Source: Candidatus Eiseniibacteriota bacterium (GTDB lineage Bacteria > Eisenbacteria > RBG-16-71-46 > SZUA-252). From it: DNA of 64,000 nucleotides. Position numbers and translations under genes: made by a program. The DNA is taken from contig VBOZ01000029.1 of assembly GCA_005893305.1 (NCBI GenBank), forward strand, positions 169,072-233,071. Reading direction: 5' to 3'. The notes below the pieces were generated by a model. It made no database searches. It was given only the letters and a program-made list of their open reading frames with translations, and was not told the origin of the DNA. Below, in pieces: positions 31,343 through 41,933 of this stretch. How positions within the stretch are numbered: position 1 is the first letter of the stretch; each line of letters starts with the position of its first letter.

Positions 31343-32725
31343 CTAGAGGCGGCCCCGCCTGCGATCCGGACCGCGAACCGCCTTGGGACGCCGGCCGAAG
31401 CCGCCGCCGGCGGGTTGGCCGGAATGGGTCATGGGACGGCTGGGTCGCGACCCGCCGGAGCTCGAGCCGCCGCCGTGGTGGGCGCGGCCTCCGCTCGATC
31501 CGCGGGCGTTCCCGCCGGGTCTCCCGACAGCGTGCCCGCCGCCGTGGCGGCCGCCGTGGCCACCCTGGGTACGGACGCTGTCCGCGATCTCGCGGGGGCG
31601 CATCTTGTAGTCGAAATCCGGGAGGAGCACGCGCGGGACGGTGCGTCCGAGGAACCGCTCGATCGCGGTGACGTCCTTCTGCTCGTCGGGGCTCATCAAG
31701 GTGAACGCGTCCCCGATCGCGTCGACGCGGCCCGTCCTGCCGATGCGGTGGACGTAATCCTCGGGCGTGTGCGGCACGTCGTAGTTGACCACGTGCGTGA
31801 TCCCCTCGACGTCGATGCCGCGCGAGGCGATGTCGGTCGCGACGAGGATCTGGATCCTTCCGCGCTTCAGGTCGCTCAACGCCCGCTCCCGCTGGCTCTG
31901 GCTCCGATTCCCGTGGAGCGGCGCGACGGTGAAATTCCGGCGCGCCAGCTGGCGCGCGAGGCGGTCGGCGCCGTGCTTCGTCCGCGTGAAGACGATCACG
32001 CTCCGGACTTCCGTGCGCGAGAGGATCTCGTCCAGGAGCTCGGTCTTGAGATTGCGCGGCACCGGGTAGATCGCCTGCGTGATTCCCGCGGCCGGCCGGG
32101 AAGGCGGCGCCAGGTCGATCCGGACCGGATCCCGGAGCGCCTCTTTCGCGACCTTGTTCAGGTCGGGCGGCATCGTCGCGGAGAACATGAGCGTCTGCCG
32201 CTCGGTGGGCAGGAGTTTCAAGATGCGACGCAGATCCGGCGCGAAGCCCATGTCGACCATGCGGTCCGCTTCGTCCAGGACCAGGACCTCGACGTAGTCG
32301 AGCCGAAGCGCCAGGCGTCCGTGCAGGTCGAGAAGCCGGCCCGGGGTGGCGACGAGAAGCTCGACGCCGGGCGAGCGGAGCATCCGCTCCTGAGGCGGGA
32401 GGGGAACCCCGCCATAGACCACGCCGACGTTCACATTCGTGAAGCGCGCGTAATCCCGCGCGTTGGTCTCGACCTGCGCGGCAAGCTCCCGGGTCGGCGT
32501 CAGTACCAGGGCGCGAATCTTGCGCGGGCCGTCCATAAGCCGGGTCAGGATGGGGAGCACGAACGCCGCGGTCTTTCCGGTGCCGGTCTGCGCGGCGGCG
32601 ATCAAATCCCTCCCGGAGAGCACGACCGGGATGGCTTTTCGTTGTACGGGGAGAGGCTCGGTGTATCCGGCGGCGCGGACGCCTTTGACGATGGCGGCGG
32701 GCAGCCCAAGGGCGGCGAATGGCAG
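31343..32725 (-). CDS. DEAD-box ATP-dependent RNA helicase
   Basis: Motifs Q (GYTEPLPVQ), I (AQTGTGKT), DEAD, SAT, HRIGRTGR, and a Gly-Arg-rich C-terminal tail. There is no in-frame ATG or GTG upstream of the Q-motif before a TAA; an AAGGAG site 8 nt before a CTG (about 32723-32725) suggests a non-canonical start. Confidence 0.85.
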   Translation of the reverse strand: MPFAALGLPAAIVKGVRAAGYTEPLPVQRKAIPVVLSGRDLIAAAQTGTGKTAAFVLPILTRLMDGPRKIRALVLTPTRELAAQVETNARDYARFTNVNVGVVYGGVPLPPQERMLRSPGVELLVATPGRLLDLHGRLALRLDYVEVLVLDEADRMVDMGFAPDLRRILKLLPTERQTLMFSATMPPDLNKVAKEALRDPVRIDLAPPSRPAAGITQAIYPVPRNLKTELLDEILSRTEVRSVIVFTRTKHGADRLARQLARRNFTVAPLHGNRSQSQRERALSDLKRGRIQILVATDIASRGIDVEGITHVVNYDVPHTPEDYVHRIGRTGRVDAIGDAFTLMSPDEQKDVTAIERFLGRTVPRVLLPDFDYKMRPREIADSVRTQGGHGGRHGGGHAVGRPGGNARGSSGGRAHHGGGSSSGGSRPSRPMTHSGQPAGGGFGRRPKAVRGPDRRRGRL

Positions 32726-32767
32726 GGGGTTTTCTCCTTACGTTTGAGAGTGTTGTAGCATCAGGGA

Positions 32768-33535
32768 ATGGCACCATTGTGGCTGAAAGACTGGCCGAAA
32801 GATAGCGCGAAGCGCGCGGCCTACGTCGACGAGGTTTTTCTCCGCGTCGCACCCCAGTACGACCGCCTCACGCGCCTCCTCTCCTTCGGCCGGGACGAGA
32901 GGTGGAAAGAGGCGGTGATCGAGCTGCTTCCGCCCGGCGCGAGGCAAGCGCGGGTCCTGGATCTGGCGACCGGCACCGGTGCCTTCCCGGATCTCCTCCG
33001 CCGAGCCGGGTTCCAAGGGACGATCCTCGGGCTCGATCGCAGCCAGGCCATGCTCGCGCGAGCCCGGGCGAAGTGCGCCGCGCACGAGAGGGTCTACCTT
33101 GCCCGCGGCGACCTGAACGCCATCCCGGTCGCCGCGGGGACCTTCGATGCGATCCTGGTCGGGTACGGGCTCCGGTACATCGGCGATCTGCGCGGCGCGA
33201 TGGTCGCGGCTCACCGGGCGCTTCGTCCCGGCGGAGTCTTCATCTCGCTCGACTTCGGACTGCCTCCCTCTCGCTGGTATCGCCGCCTCTGCCTCGCGTA
33301 CCTCTTCCTCTTCGGCACCCTCTGGGGACTCGTGCTCCACGGAAAGCTGGACACCTATTGGCACATCGTGGAATCGCTCCGGGCCTATCCGGGGCAGCGG
33401 ACGCTCGAGAACGCCCTCGAGGAGGCCGGGTTCGCGCGGATCGCGATCGTGGAGCAGCTAGGCGGAATTTCGGTTCTCGCGCGCGCCGAGAAGCTGGCCG
33501 AGGCGCCGGCAGCCGCGGCATCGGCCGCGCGCTAG
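32768..33535 (+). CDS. UbiE/MenG-family SAM-dependent methyltransferase
   Basis: Motif I VLDLATGTG, plus YDRLTRLLSFGRDERW, which is typical of UbiE/MenG C-methyltransferases. Confidence 0.75.
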   Translation: MAPLWLKDWPKDSAKRAAYVDEVFLRVAPQYDRLTRLLSFGRDERWKEAVIELLPPGARQARVLDLATGTGAFPDLLRRAGFQGTILGLDRSQAMLARARAKCAAHERVYLARGDLNAIPVAAGTFDAILVGYGLRYIGDLRGAMVAAHRALRPGGVFISLDFGLPPSRWYRRLCLAYLFLFGTLWGLVLHGKLDTYWHIVESLRAYPGQRTLENALEEAGFARIAIVEQLGGISVLARAEKLAEAPAAAASAAR

Positions 33536-34782
33536 CGCAGGAAGTAGAGGGCGGCCCCCAGGGCGACCGCCATCACGGCGAGGCACGCCGGCACCAGGAC
33601 GCGCACCGCGCCTCGTCCCAGCACGATGGCGGCGGCCGACTTGAACAACGTGTTCGAGAGAATCCCGACCGCGATGGCCTGCGACGCGGCGGCCACCATG
33701 GCCGGCTCCGACGCGCTCTTGGCCATCGAGATCGTCAGCGCATCCATGTCGGTGAGGCCGACGATCGCGCCCGATACGACGAGCCCCGTGTCTCCCCACT
33801 GCTCGCGCGCGGCGTGCACCGCGAGCAACACGACCTGGAACATCAGGGCCATCTGAAGCGCAGCGCGGAGCTCGAGAGGGTTCGAGGGCGCCTCGACGTG
33901 ATCGCCGCCCCCATCCAGCCGTCTCCAGCCCAGAACCGTGATCACGATTCCAAGGACGAACGGAACGGCGATATAGGGCAGGAGGGCGGTCATGAGGTCC
34001 GGGTTCAATACCGCCGTGGCCACGAGGATGCGGAGGAACATCACCGTGCACGCCGCGATAATTCCGAAGGCGAGGGGCTTGCCGAGCGCCGGGTGCTCCG
34101 CGCTCTCGCGGGCGAAGGTGAACGTGACGCTCGTCGAGGAGACGATCCCGCCCAGAAGCCCGGCGAGCGGGTAGCCGTGGGTCACGCCGACGGCGCGCCG
34201 AGCGATGAATCCCGCGAAGCTGATGCCCGAAAAAAATAAGACGAGGAGCCAGAGCTCGCGCGGCCGGATCCCACCCCACGGCCCGTAGGGACCCTCGGGA
34301 AGAAGCGGCAGGACGACGACCGCCATGACCGCGAAGCGGATCGCCGCTCGGATCTCCGCGTCGTCCAGGCGGGCGATCGACGAGTGGAGGCGCGATTTCT
34401 CGACGAGGAGAAGGCAGGTCACCGCGATGATGCCGCTCGCGATCGCCAGGTAGCCGAGGCCCGCGAGGACGCCGGCCGCGAGCGTCACGAGGGCGGCCAC
34501 CTCCGTGGTGCCCTCCACGTCGCGGCGGCTGACCGCCACGTAGCCGGCCAGCACCAACCCGACGGCCCCCGCCAGGAGGACCGTCGCGACCGCGGGCAGC
34601 CCGATCGTCCAGAGCCACCCTGCGAGCCCCGCCAGCCCGCCGAGGAGGGTGAAGGTGCGGACGCCGCCGATCCGCCCGGTCGGGCCGCTCGCGTGGCCGG
34701 ACCACTGGCGCTCTACCCCGACCGCGGCTCCGCAGACGGCCGCCACCGCGATTCGAAGAACCCCGGTGGAATCGAAGTTCAC
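33532..34782 (-). CDS. MgtC/SapB-family membrane protein with a DUF4010-like C-terminal membrane domain
   Basis: N-terminal RIAVAAVCGAAVGVERQ is an MgtC hallmark; about 10 transmembrane helices. GTG start lies immediately after the acnA stop. Confidence 0.7.
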   Translation of the reverse strand: MNFDSTGVLRIAVAAVCGAAVGVERQWSGHASGPTGRIGGVRTFTLLGGLAGLAGWLWTIGLPAVATVLLAGAVGLVLAGYVAVSRRDVEGTTEVAALVTLAAGVLAGLGYLAIASGIIAVTCLLLVEKSRLHSSIARLDDAEIRAAIRFAVMAVVVLPLLPEGPYGPWGGIRPRELWLLVLFFSGISFAGFIARRAVGVTHGYPLAGLLGGIVSSTSVTFTFARESAEHPALGKPLAFGIIAACTVMFLRILVATAVLNPDLMTALLPYIAVPFVLGIVITVLGWRRLDGGGDHVEAPSNPLELRAALQMALMFQVVLLAVHAAREQWGDTGLVVSGAIVGLTDMDALTISMAKSASEPAMVAAASQAIAVGILSNTLFKSAAAIVLGRGAVRVLVPACLAVMAVALGAALYFLR

Positions 34783-34789
34783 GGGGTGC

Positions 34790-37555
34790 TCAGTGTTCGG
34801 TGGCGCCGAGGAGCTTGCGGAGCACGTAGGGAAGGATTCCGCCGTGCTCGTAGTATCGGGCTTCCTGGGGCGTATCGATCCGGACCAGGGCGCGGAACTC
34901 TCGCGCCGCGCCGGCTCCGTTCCGGACACGGACCAGGGCCTCGGCCCCGCGCTCGAGGCCGCGCCGGAGGAGGTCCGGAACTCCGAGGATGTCGTAGCGC
35001 TCGCGGCCGGTCAGCCCGAGGGAGTCGGCGGTCCGGCCGGCAGGGAATTGGAGCGGGAGGATTCCCATTCCGATCAGATTGCTCCGGTGGATCCGCTCGA
35101 AACCCTCCGCGATCACGGCGCGCACGCCCAGGAGCTTCGGACCCTTGGCCGCCCAGTCGCGGGAGGAGCCGGTCCCGTATTCCTTGCCCGCGATGACGAT
35201 GGTCGGCACGCGCTCGGACTCGTACTTCATCGCGGCGTCATAGATCGTCAGCTGCTCGCCGCTCGGCACATGCGCGGTGAAGCCGCCCTCCACGCCGGGC
35301 ACGAGGCGGTTTCGAATCCGGACGTTCGCGAACGTGCCGCGAACCATGACCTCGTGGTTTCCCCGCCGCGAGCCGTAGGAGTTGTAGTCGGCCGGCTTGA
35401 CGCCGTGCTGCTCGAGGTATTGGCCCGCGGGACTGCCGCGCTTGATCGACCCGGCCGGGGAGATGTGGTCGGTCGTCACGCTGTCTCCCAGGAGGGCCAG
35501 GACCCGCGCTTCGTGAATCTCCTCCACCGCGGCGGGCTCGAGCGACATCCCGTCGAAGTATGGCGGCCGCTTCACGTAGGTCGAGCTTGGCTCCCACGCG
35601 TAGCGGTCGCCCTCGGGAACGGGAAGGTTCTGCCACGTCTCGTTGCCCGCATAGACGTTCGCGTAGGCCCGGCGGAACGTATCCGACTGGACGGCGGCGC
35701 GGATCGTATCCTCGATCTCCCGCCTCGACGGCCAGAGATCGCGCAGGGAGACCGGCGTTCCGTCGCTCCCGACGCCGATAGGCTCCCGGCTCATGTCGAC
35801 GTCGATCCGTCCGGTGAGGGCGTACGCGACCACGAGCGGGGGAGAGGCGAGATAGTTCGCGCGAACCTCGGGGTGGATGCGCCCTTCGAAGTTCCGGTTT
35901 CCGCTCAACACGGAGGCGACCACGAGCCCGTTCGCCTCGACCGCCGCCGAGATCGGCTCGGGGAGCGGCCCGCTGTTCCCGATGCAGGTCGTGCATCCGT
36001 ATCCGACGGTGAAGAAGCCGAGCTTCTCGAGATAGGGAGTGAGCCCCGCCCTTTCCAGATATTCGGTCACCACCTTCGAGCCGGGGGCGAGGCTCGTCTT
36101 GACCCACGGCTGGGTCTTGAGCCCCCGCTCCACCGCGCGCTTCGCGAGGAGGCCGGCTCCCACCATGACGGACGGATTCGATGTGTTCGTGCAGCTCGTG
36201 ATCGCCGCGATCACGACCGAGCCGTCGTTCAAGGGAAACGTCTCCCCCGCCATGGTGACCTTGCCCACGGGCGGGGCCATGACCACGACGTTCCCGTCCC
36301 CACCCTCGCTCTCCCAGCGCCCGTCGGTGTCGGGGGTGGGCGGCGTCTTCGGCGCGACCTTCATCGTCGGGAGCGCCGTCTGGAAGTTCGACTTCACGTC
36401 GCGGAGCGGGACGCGATCCTGGGGACGGCGTGGGCCCGCGAGGCTCGGCTCGACGCGGCTCAGGTCGAGGTGGAGCTGGTCGGAGTATTGGGCCTCTGGA
36501 TGCCCGGGGCCGGCGAAGAGACCCTGCTCCTTCGCGTATGCCTCGATGAGCCGCAACTGTTCTTCGCCACGGCCGGTGAATTCCAGATACCGGAGGGTCT
36601 CGGCGTCGATCGGGAACATCCCGCACGTCGCGCCGTACTCGGGGGCCATGTTGGCGATCGTGGCGCGATCGGCGACCGGCAGCCCCTCGAGCCCCGGGCC
36701 GTAGAACTCGACGAACGACCCGACGACCCCCTTCTGCCGCAGCATCTCGGTGACCGTGAGGACCAGGTCTGTAGCCGTCGCGCCCTCCGGAAGCGCGCCA
36801 TCCACCCTGAAGCCGACCACGCGCGGCACCAGCATCGACACCGCCTGGCCGAGCATGGCGGCCTCCGCCTCGATGCCGCCGACGCCCCAGCCCAGCACGC
36901 CGAGGCCGTTGATCATGGTGGTGTGCGAATCGGTCCCGATCAGGGTGTCCGGGTACGCTTCAGGCTTCGGGCCGGGCGTCGCGAAGACCACGCGGGCCAG
37001 GTATTCGAGATTCACCTGGTGGACGATCCCGGTCGCGGGCGGGACCACCCGGAAATCGCGGAAGGCGCGCTGGCCCCATCGAAGGAAGAGGTACCGCTCG
37101 CGGTTCCGCTCGAACTCCTTCTCTGCGTTGATCAGGAGCGCGGCGCGCGACCCGTACTCGTCGACCTGGACCGAGTGGTCGATCACGAGCTCGGCGGGTT
37201 GAAGCGGATTGATCTTCTTGGGATCGCCCCCGAGCGTCGCCATGGCATCCCGCATCGCCGCGAGATCCACGACCGCCGGCACCCCGGTGAAGTCCTGGAG
37301 GAGGACGCGGCTCGGCGTGAACGCGATCTCCCGATCGGGCTCCGCGGCCGGATTCCACCGGGCGACCGCCTCCACGTCCTCGGCCCGAACGACGCGGCCG
37401 TCGAGCGTCCGAAGAAGGTTCTCGAGGAGGATCTTCAGCGAGTAGGGAAGGCGCTCGATCGGGAGCCCGGCGCGCGCGAGCGCGTCGAGCCGGTGGATCT
37501 CATACGAGCGGCCTCCGACCTTGAGCGTCGAGCGGGCGCCGAACGGATCGTTCAT
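34790..37555 (-). CDS. acnA: Aconitate hydratase A
   Basis: About 920 aa with the aconitase family's signature ([11 protein letters not shown], Fe-S Cys ligands CTNTSN / [10 protein letters not shown]). Confidence 0.95.
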   Translation of the reverse strand: MNDPFGARSTLKVGGRSYEIHRLDALARAGLPIERLPYSLKILLENLLRTLDGRVVRAEDVEAVARWNPAAEPDREIAFTPSRVLLQDFTGVPAVVDLAAMRDAMATLGGDPKKINPLQPAELVIDHSVQVDEYGSRAALLINAEKEFERNRERYLFLRWGQRAFRDFRVVPPATGIVHQVNLEYLARVVFATPGPKPEAYPDTLIGTDSHTTMINGLGVLGWGVGGIEAEAAMLGQAVSMLVPRVVGFRVDGALPEGATATDLVLTVTEMLRQKGVVGSFVEFYGPGLEGLPVADRATIANMAPEYGATCGMFPIDAETLRYLEFTGRGEEQLRLIEAYAKEQGLFAGPGHPEAQYSDQLHLDLSRVEPSLAGPRRPQDRVPLRDVKSNFQTALPTMKVAPKTPPTPDTDGRWESEGGDGNVVVMAPPVGKVTMAGETFPLNDGSVVIAAITSCTNTSNPSVMVGAGLLAKRAVERGLKTQPWVKTSLAPGSKVVTEYLERAGLTPYLEKLGFFTVGYGCTTCIGNSGPLPEPISAAVEANGLVVASVLSGNRNFEGRIHPEVRANYLASPPLVVAYALTGRIDVDMSREPIGVGSDGTPVSLRDLWPSRREIEDTIRAAVQSDTFRRAYANVYAGNETWQNLPVPEGDRYAWEPSSTYVKRPPYFDGMSLEPAAVEEIHEARVLALLGDSVTTDHISPAGSIKRGSPAGQYLEQHGVKPADYNSYGSRRGNHEVMVRGTFANVRIRNRLVPGVEGGFTAHVPSGEQLTIYDAAMKYESERVPTIVIAGKEYGTGSSRDWAAKGPKLLGVRAVIAEGFERIHRSNLIGMGILPLQFPAGRTADSLGLTGRERYDILGVPDLLRRGLERGAEALVRVRNGAGAAREFRALVRIDTPQEARYYEHGGILPYVLRKLLGATEH

Positions 37556-37684
37556 GCCGCATAGAATAAACGAGGCGGCCGTCACGGCCTCAGGAGAAAT
37601 GTCGAAGCCCCGACGCGGCGGTCCGGTGTCGCGGAGGAAATTCCGGCTTCCGGGTCCCCGAGCGCTCGCGTAGAGTTCGCCCGA

Positions 37685-38311
37685 ATGATCCCAACCCCGC
37701 GGCAGGAATCCGGAACAGAACCCGCGGGCCCGGCGAGGGGCGGGCGGCGCGGTCCGAGCATCGGTCTGATTTTGGCCGCCGTCGCCATCTTAGGCGCGAT
37801 CACGGTGCTGGGATTCATGCTCGCGCCGTATTTCCAGCGGGAGCGGATCGAGGGTTGGGTTCGCGACGCCGGCGCGTGGGGCCCGTTCGTGCTGCTCGCC
37901 GTCCAGGCCCTGCAGATCCTGCTCGCGCCGATCCCAGGGTTCTTCGTGCCGGTGCTCGCGGGATTGTTCTACGGTCCGGTGATCGGCCCGCTCATCACCA
38001 TGGCGGGATCGGTCCTCGGCTCGGCGGCCGCCTTCTGGATCGGGCGGAGCGGCGGTCGGCCCGTCGCGGAGCGGCTCGTGGGGACGGAGGCTGTCCAGAA
38101 GGCCCAAAACCTCTTCGCCGGGAAGCGCTGGATCGCGCTCGTGCCCTTATTTCTCTTCCCGTTCTCGCCGGCCGACGCGCTCTGCTTCGTCGCGGGGATC
38201 ATCGGGATGGACGCGAAGCGATTTCTGCTCGCGGTCGCGCTGGGCCGGCTGCCGAAGGACGCGCTCGTGGCCGCCGGGACCGCCCTCGGCTGGAGCTTCC
38301 TCCGGCCCTAG
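37685..38311 (+). CDS. TVP38/TMEM64 (DedA-superfamily) membrane protein
   Basis: Contains [10 protein letters not shown]...AGLFYGP.IG...[20 protein letters not shown], the DedA/TVP38 signature. Confidence 0.8.
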   Translation: MIPTPRQESGTEPAGPARGGRRGPSIGLILAAVAILGAITVLGFMLAPYFQRERIEGWVRDAGAWGPFVLLAVQALQILLAPIPGFFVPVLAGLFYGPVIGPLITMAGSVLGSAAAFWIGRSGGRPVAERLVGTEAVQKAQNLFAGKRWIALVPLFLFPFSPADALCFVAGIIGMDAKRFLLAVALGRLPKDALVAAGTALGWSFLRP

Positions 38312-39786
38312 CGGCCCTTACCTTTCGTCACGATCTTGATGGGAGTGCCGGCCTGGACCTCGGCGGTGGCGCGCATCCCATTCAGGATGGCCCCGTCTTC
38401 CACGCCGATCGCAAGCGGTCCGAAATCGGACCAGACCGTCGCGAAGGTCGCGGTGCGCTTCGCGGGCTGCACGGAGAGACGGTCCGGCGCAACGTTCAGC
38501 TTCGCCGGATCCCGGAGCGCCGCGATGCTTCGGATCGACTGGTAGATCTCGTCGTTGGCCAGGCCTGCCTTGGATTGTCCGATCACCTCCAGGAATTGCC
38601 CTGGGTGGATCCGGACGAAGCCCGCGGCGAACTCCGACTGCCCTCCTTGGCCCTGGAGGATGACGGTCCCGATCCACGCGGGGAAGTCCCGGAACTGCTC
38701 CGTCCGTCCGGTCGCGGTCGCGACCGACCCGCGGGCTCGCAGGGAATCCACGTACTCGGCGGGCGTCACCGACTGATCCTTCGTCGAGCCGAGGGTGACC
38801 TGCATCATCGCTCCCGACCCTTCATTGGCAGCCTGGAGCGCCGAAGGCAGATTCTGAGTCTTCCATCCGCTAGGAAGAATCATCTGAAACGCCAGGTCGG
38901 GATGGTAGAAGCGGTTGTCCTCGAAATAACCCGCCCGCGGATCGTCGCCGAACACCAGCCCCTCGATCCGCTTCCGGTATTCCGGGGCGCGGATGATGAG
39001 GTCGCCCTGCGTGCTCGAGACGGACGCGAGCGCGAGCTGGCGCGTGCGCACCTCGCGGTCGCCCGGGTCTGGGTGCGTCGACATGAAGCTGGGGATCGAC
39101 TGGCCCTGCCGCTCCCCGATCCGCTTCAGCGTCGCGTAGGTCGCCGGGATCTCCCGCGGGTCGTATTTCGCCTTCGTCGCATAGGCGATTCCCAGCTCAT
39201 CCGCCTGGGTCTCATGGTCGCGGCTGTACTTGAGGAAGAGGAGCCCCAGGCTTTGGGCCGCGATGCCGCCGAGCGGCCGGAACTGGGGCACGAAGATCGT
39301 GCCCGCGATCAAGCCCACCGAAGCGATCTGCTGCTGCGTCATCTGCTGCGCGGTGTGCCGCGCCGTGACGTGGCCGGTCTCGTGACCCAGCACGCCCGCC
39401 AGCTGGGCCTCCGAGTTCATGTACGCCAGGATTCCCCGCGTGATGTAGATGTAGCCGCCGGGGATCGCGAACGCGTTCACGACCGGCGAGTCGAGGAGGC
39501 GGTAATGCCACTCGAGGTCCGGCAGGTGCGAGGCCTTGCCGACGCGCTGGCCGACCCCGTCCACGTATTTGGCGAGCGAGGAGTCTCCGTAGAGGCCGTA
39601 CTCGGCGACGATCGCCGGGTCGGCGTCCTTGCCCATCTCGAGCTCTTTGTTCTGCGAGACGAAGGAGATCTGCCGCTTGCCGGTCGCGGGATTGGTGGCG
39701 CAGCCGGGGTGCGTCGTGAGGAGGACGGCGAGCAGGGCCAGCGCGAGTCCGCTGCCCCTTGTCGCGAACCGCTTTCCGTGGCTCAT
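38308..39786 (-). CDS. M48-family zinc metallopeptidase lipoprotein
   Basis: LGHETGHV HExxH motif and a lipobox LLTTHPGC. GGGAG ribosome-binding site before MSHGKRF. Confidence 0.8.
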   Translation of the reverse strand: MSHGKRFATRGSGLALALLAVLLTTHPGCATNPATGKRQISFVSQNKELEMGKDADPAIVAEYGLYGDSSLAKYVDGVGQRVGKASHLPDLEWHYRLLDSPVVNAFAIPGGYIYITRGILAYMNSEAQLAGVLGHETGHVTARHTAQQMTQQQIASVGLIAGTIFVPQFRPLGGIAAQSLGLLFLKYSRDHETQADELGIAYATKAKYDPREIPATYATLKRIGERQGQSIPSFMSTHPDPGDREVRTRQLALASVSSTQGDLIIRAPEYRKRIEGLVFGDDPRAGYFEDNRFYHPDLAFQMILPSGWKTQNLPSALQAANEGSGAMMQVTLGSTKDQSVTPAEYVDSLRARGSVATATGRTEQFRDFPAWIGTVILQGQGGQSEFAAGFVRIHPGQFLEVIGQSKAGLANDEIYQSIRSIAALRDPAKLNVAPDRLSVQPAKRTATFATVWSDFGPLAIGVEDGAILNGMRATAEVQAGTPIKIVTKGKGR

Positions 39787-39892
39787 TCGGGAGACTCCCT
39801 GTCCGTGGGAATGAATTGTGAATCCGATTATGATACACCGTTGGCTGGAATTCGCATCCCGCGAACGGCGCTTCGTCCCATCGGAGGAATGG

Positions 39893-41926
39893 ATGCCCGC
39901 CATTTCCGTGGACATCGAACAGCTTTGCGTCAACACCATCAAGTTTCTCTCGGTCGACGCCGTGGAGCGCGCGAAGTCGGGCCATCCGGGGGCGCCCATG
40001 GGCGCCGCCGACATGGCGTTCGTGCTCTGGGCCAAGTTCCTTCATTTCGATCCGTCCGACCCGGCGTGGGTCAACCGCGACCGGTTCGTCCTCTCGGCGG
40101 GCCACGCCTCGATGCTCCTCTATTCGCTCCTCCACCTCTTTGGATTTGACCTGCCCATGGAAGAGCTCCGGCGCTTCCGCCAGTGGGAATCCAGGACGCC
40201 GGGGCACCCGGAGCACGGGATCACGCCCGGCGTGGAAGCGACGACCGGCCCTCTGGGGCAGGGCTTCGGCAACGGCGTGGGCATGGCGCTGGCCCAGCGG
40301 ATGGTGCGGGCCCGGTTTCCGCGCCTCGGGCCGCTTCTCGACGGCCGGGTCTTCGGCATCGTGAGTGACGGCGATCTCATGGAGGGCGTGGCGTCGGAGG
40401 CGGCCTCGCTCGCGGGGCACTGGGGTCTTGGAAACCTCGTCTACCTCTATGACGACAATCACGTCTCGATCGAGGGACCCACGACGCTCGCGTTCAGCGA
40501 GGACGTGGGGCTTCGGTTTGAGGCGTATCGGTGGCACGTGCAGCGGATCGACGGTCAGGATCGCGGCCAGGTGGAGGTGGCCCTTCGCGCGGCGATCGCG
40601 GAGGAGGACCGCCCCTCGATCATCATAGCGAGGACCACGATCGGAAAGGGCGCGCCGACGAAGGAGGGAACCGCGAAGACGCACGGCGAGCCGCTCGGCC
40701 CCGACGAGACCAAGCGCGCCAAGGAGGCCGTGGGGTGGCCTCTCGAGCCGGCGTTCTTCGTCCCGGACGAGGCGCGCGACTATTTCAAGAAGGGCGCCGA
40801 GGAGAAGCGCCGCCATCGCGCCGCGTGGGAAGAGCGATGGGCCTCGCTCAGGGCCGAGGCGCCGGAGGAGGCGTCGCGCTGGGACGCGCTCTTCGGGCGC
40901 GCGATCCCGGACGATCTCGAGGCCCGCCTCGCGGCGGCGGTCGAGCCGGCCCTGGATCTCGCGACGCGCACCTGGTCCGGGAGAGTGATTCAGGCGGCGG
41001 CGGAGGCGGTGCCGTCCCTGGTCGGCGGATCGGCGGACCTCGCTCCCTCCACGATCACCGACATCGGGAAAGGGGGAAGCGTCGCTCCGGCGGGGCTCAA
41101 GCCCGGCGCCCCGATCGAGTTCGCCGGCCGCACCCTCCATTTCGGCGTGCGCGAGCACGGCATGGGCGCGATCGTGAACGGAATGGCGCTCCACGGCGCG
41201 TTCCTCCCGTTCGGCGCCACCTTCCTCATCTTCTCGGATTACATGCGCCCGGCGATCCGGCTCGCGGCCCTGACCGGGCTCCGGTCGATCTTCGTCTTCA
41301 CGCACGACAGCGTTTTCCTGGGCGAGGACGGCCCGACGCATCAGCCGGTCGAGCAGCTCGCGTCGCTCCGTCTCATTCCGAACATCGAGGTCTGGCGTCC
41401 CGCGGACGGCCCGGAGACGGCCGCCGCGTGGGCGTCGGCGCTCAGGCGCAGCCAGGGACCGAGCGCGCTCGCGCTCACGAGGCAGAAGCTCCATCCGCTC
41501 GCCCGCGCGGGCGGAGCCGGCCTCGAGCCGGTCCTCCGCGGCGGCTACGTGCTTCAGGAGGCGGCCGGGGCGCGCGCCCACGCGATCCTCGTCGCGTCCG
41601 GATCGGAGACCCCGCTTGCCCAGGACGCCGCCGCGATCCTCGCGAAGAGGGGAATCCCGGTCCGCGTCGTATCGATGCCCTGCGTCGAGCGGTTCCAGGG
41701 CCAGCCCGAAGCGTATCGCCGCTCCGTGTTGCCGGAAGGAGCGCGCTACGTCGTGATCGAGGCGGCACAGACCGACCTCTGGTGCGCCCTCGTGGGGTCG
41801 GAGGCGCTCCGCCTGGGGCTCAATCGTTTTGGCGCCTCCGCGCCGGGCGAGACAATCGCGGAGAAGCTCGGGTTCACGCCGGAGGCGGTGGCGCGCCGAA
41901 TCTCGCTCTGGCTCCGTCCCGAATGA
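39893..41926 (+). CDS. tkt: Transketolase
   Basis: TPP-binding GHPG and the conserved [28 protein letters not shown] region. GGAGG ribosome-binding site before MPAIS. Confidence 0.95.
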   Translation: MPAISVDIEQLCVNTIKFLSVDAVERAKSGHPGAPMGAADMAFVLWAKFLHFDPSDPAWVNRDRFVLSAGHASMLLYSLLHLFGFDLPMEELRRFRQWESRTPGHPEHGITPGVEATTGPLGQGFGNGVGMALAQRMVRARFPRLGPLLDGRVFGIVSDGDLMEGVASEAASLAGHWGLGNLVYLYDDNHVSIEGPTTLAFSEDVGLRFEAYRWHVQRIDGQDRGQVEVALRAAIAEEDRPSIIIARTTIGKGAPTKEGTAKTHGEPLGPDETKRAKEAVGWPLEPAFFVPDEARDYFKKGAEEKRRHRAAWEERWASLRAEAPEEASRWDALFGRAIPDDLEARLAAAVEPALDLATRTWSGRVIQAAAEAVPSLVGGSADLAPSTITDIGKGGSVAPAGLKPGAPIEFAGRTLHFGVREHGMGAIVNGMALHGAFLPFGATFLIFSDYMRPAIRLAALTGLRSIFVFTHDSVFLGEDGPTHQPVEQLASLRLIPNIEVWRPADGPETAAAWASALRRSQGPSALALTRQKLHPLARAGGAGLEPVLRGGYVLQEAAGARAHAILVASGSETPLAQDAAAILAKRGIPVRVVSMPCVERFQGQPEAYRRSVLPEGARYVVIEAAQTDLWCALVGSEALRLGLNRFGASAPGETIAEKLGFTPEAVARRISLWLRPE

Positions 41927-41933
41927 GCGGAGC

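Noticed and set aside
30684-32852. 722-aa minus-strand ORF
   Set aside because: A chimera. Only the last ~190-215 aa (the HhH-GPD glycosylase) look real; the rest reads through the antisense strand of the DEAD-box helicase in another frame.
34649-37564. 971-aa ORF on the plus strand
   Set aside because: Antisense to acnA, and the translation is low-complexity and Arg/Gly/Pro-rich. Spurious high-GC ORF.
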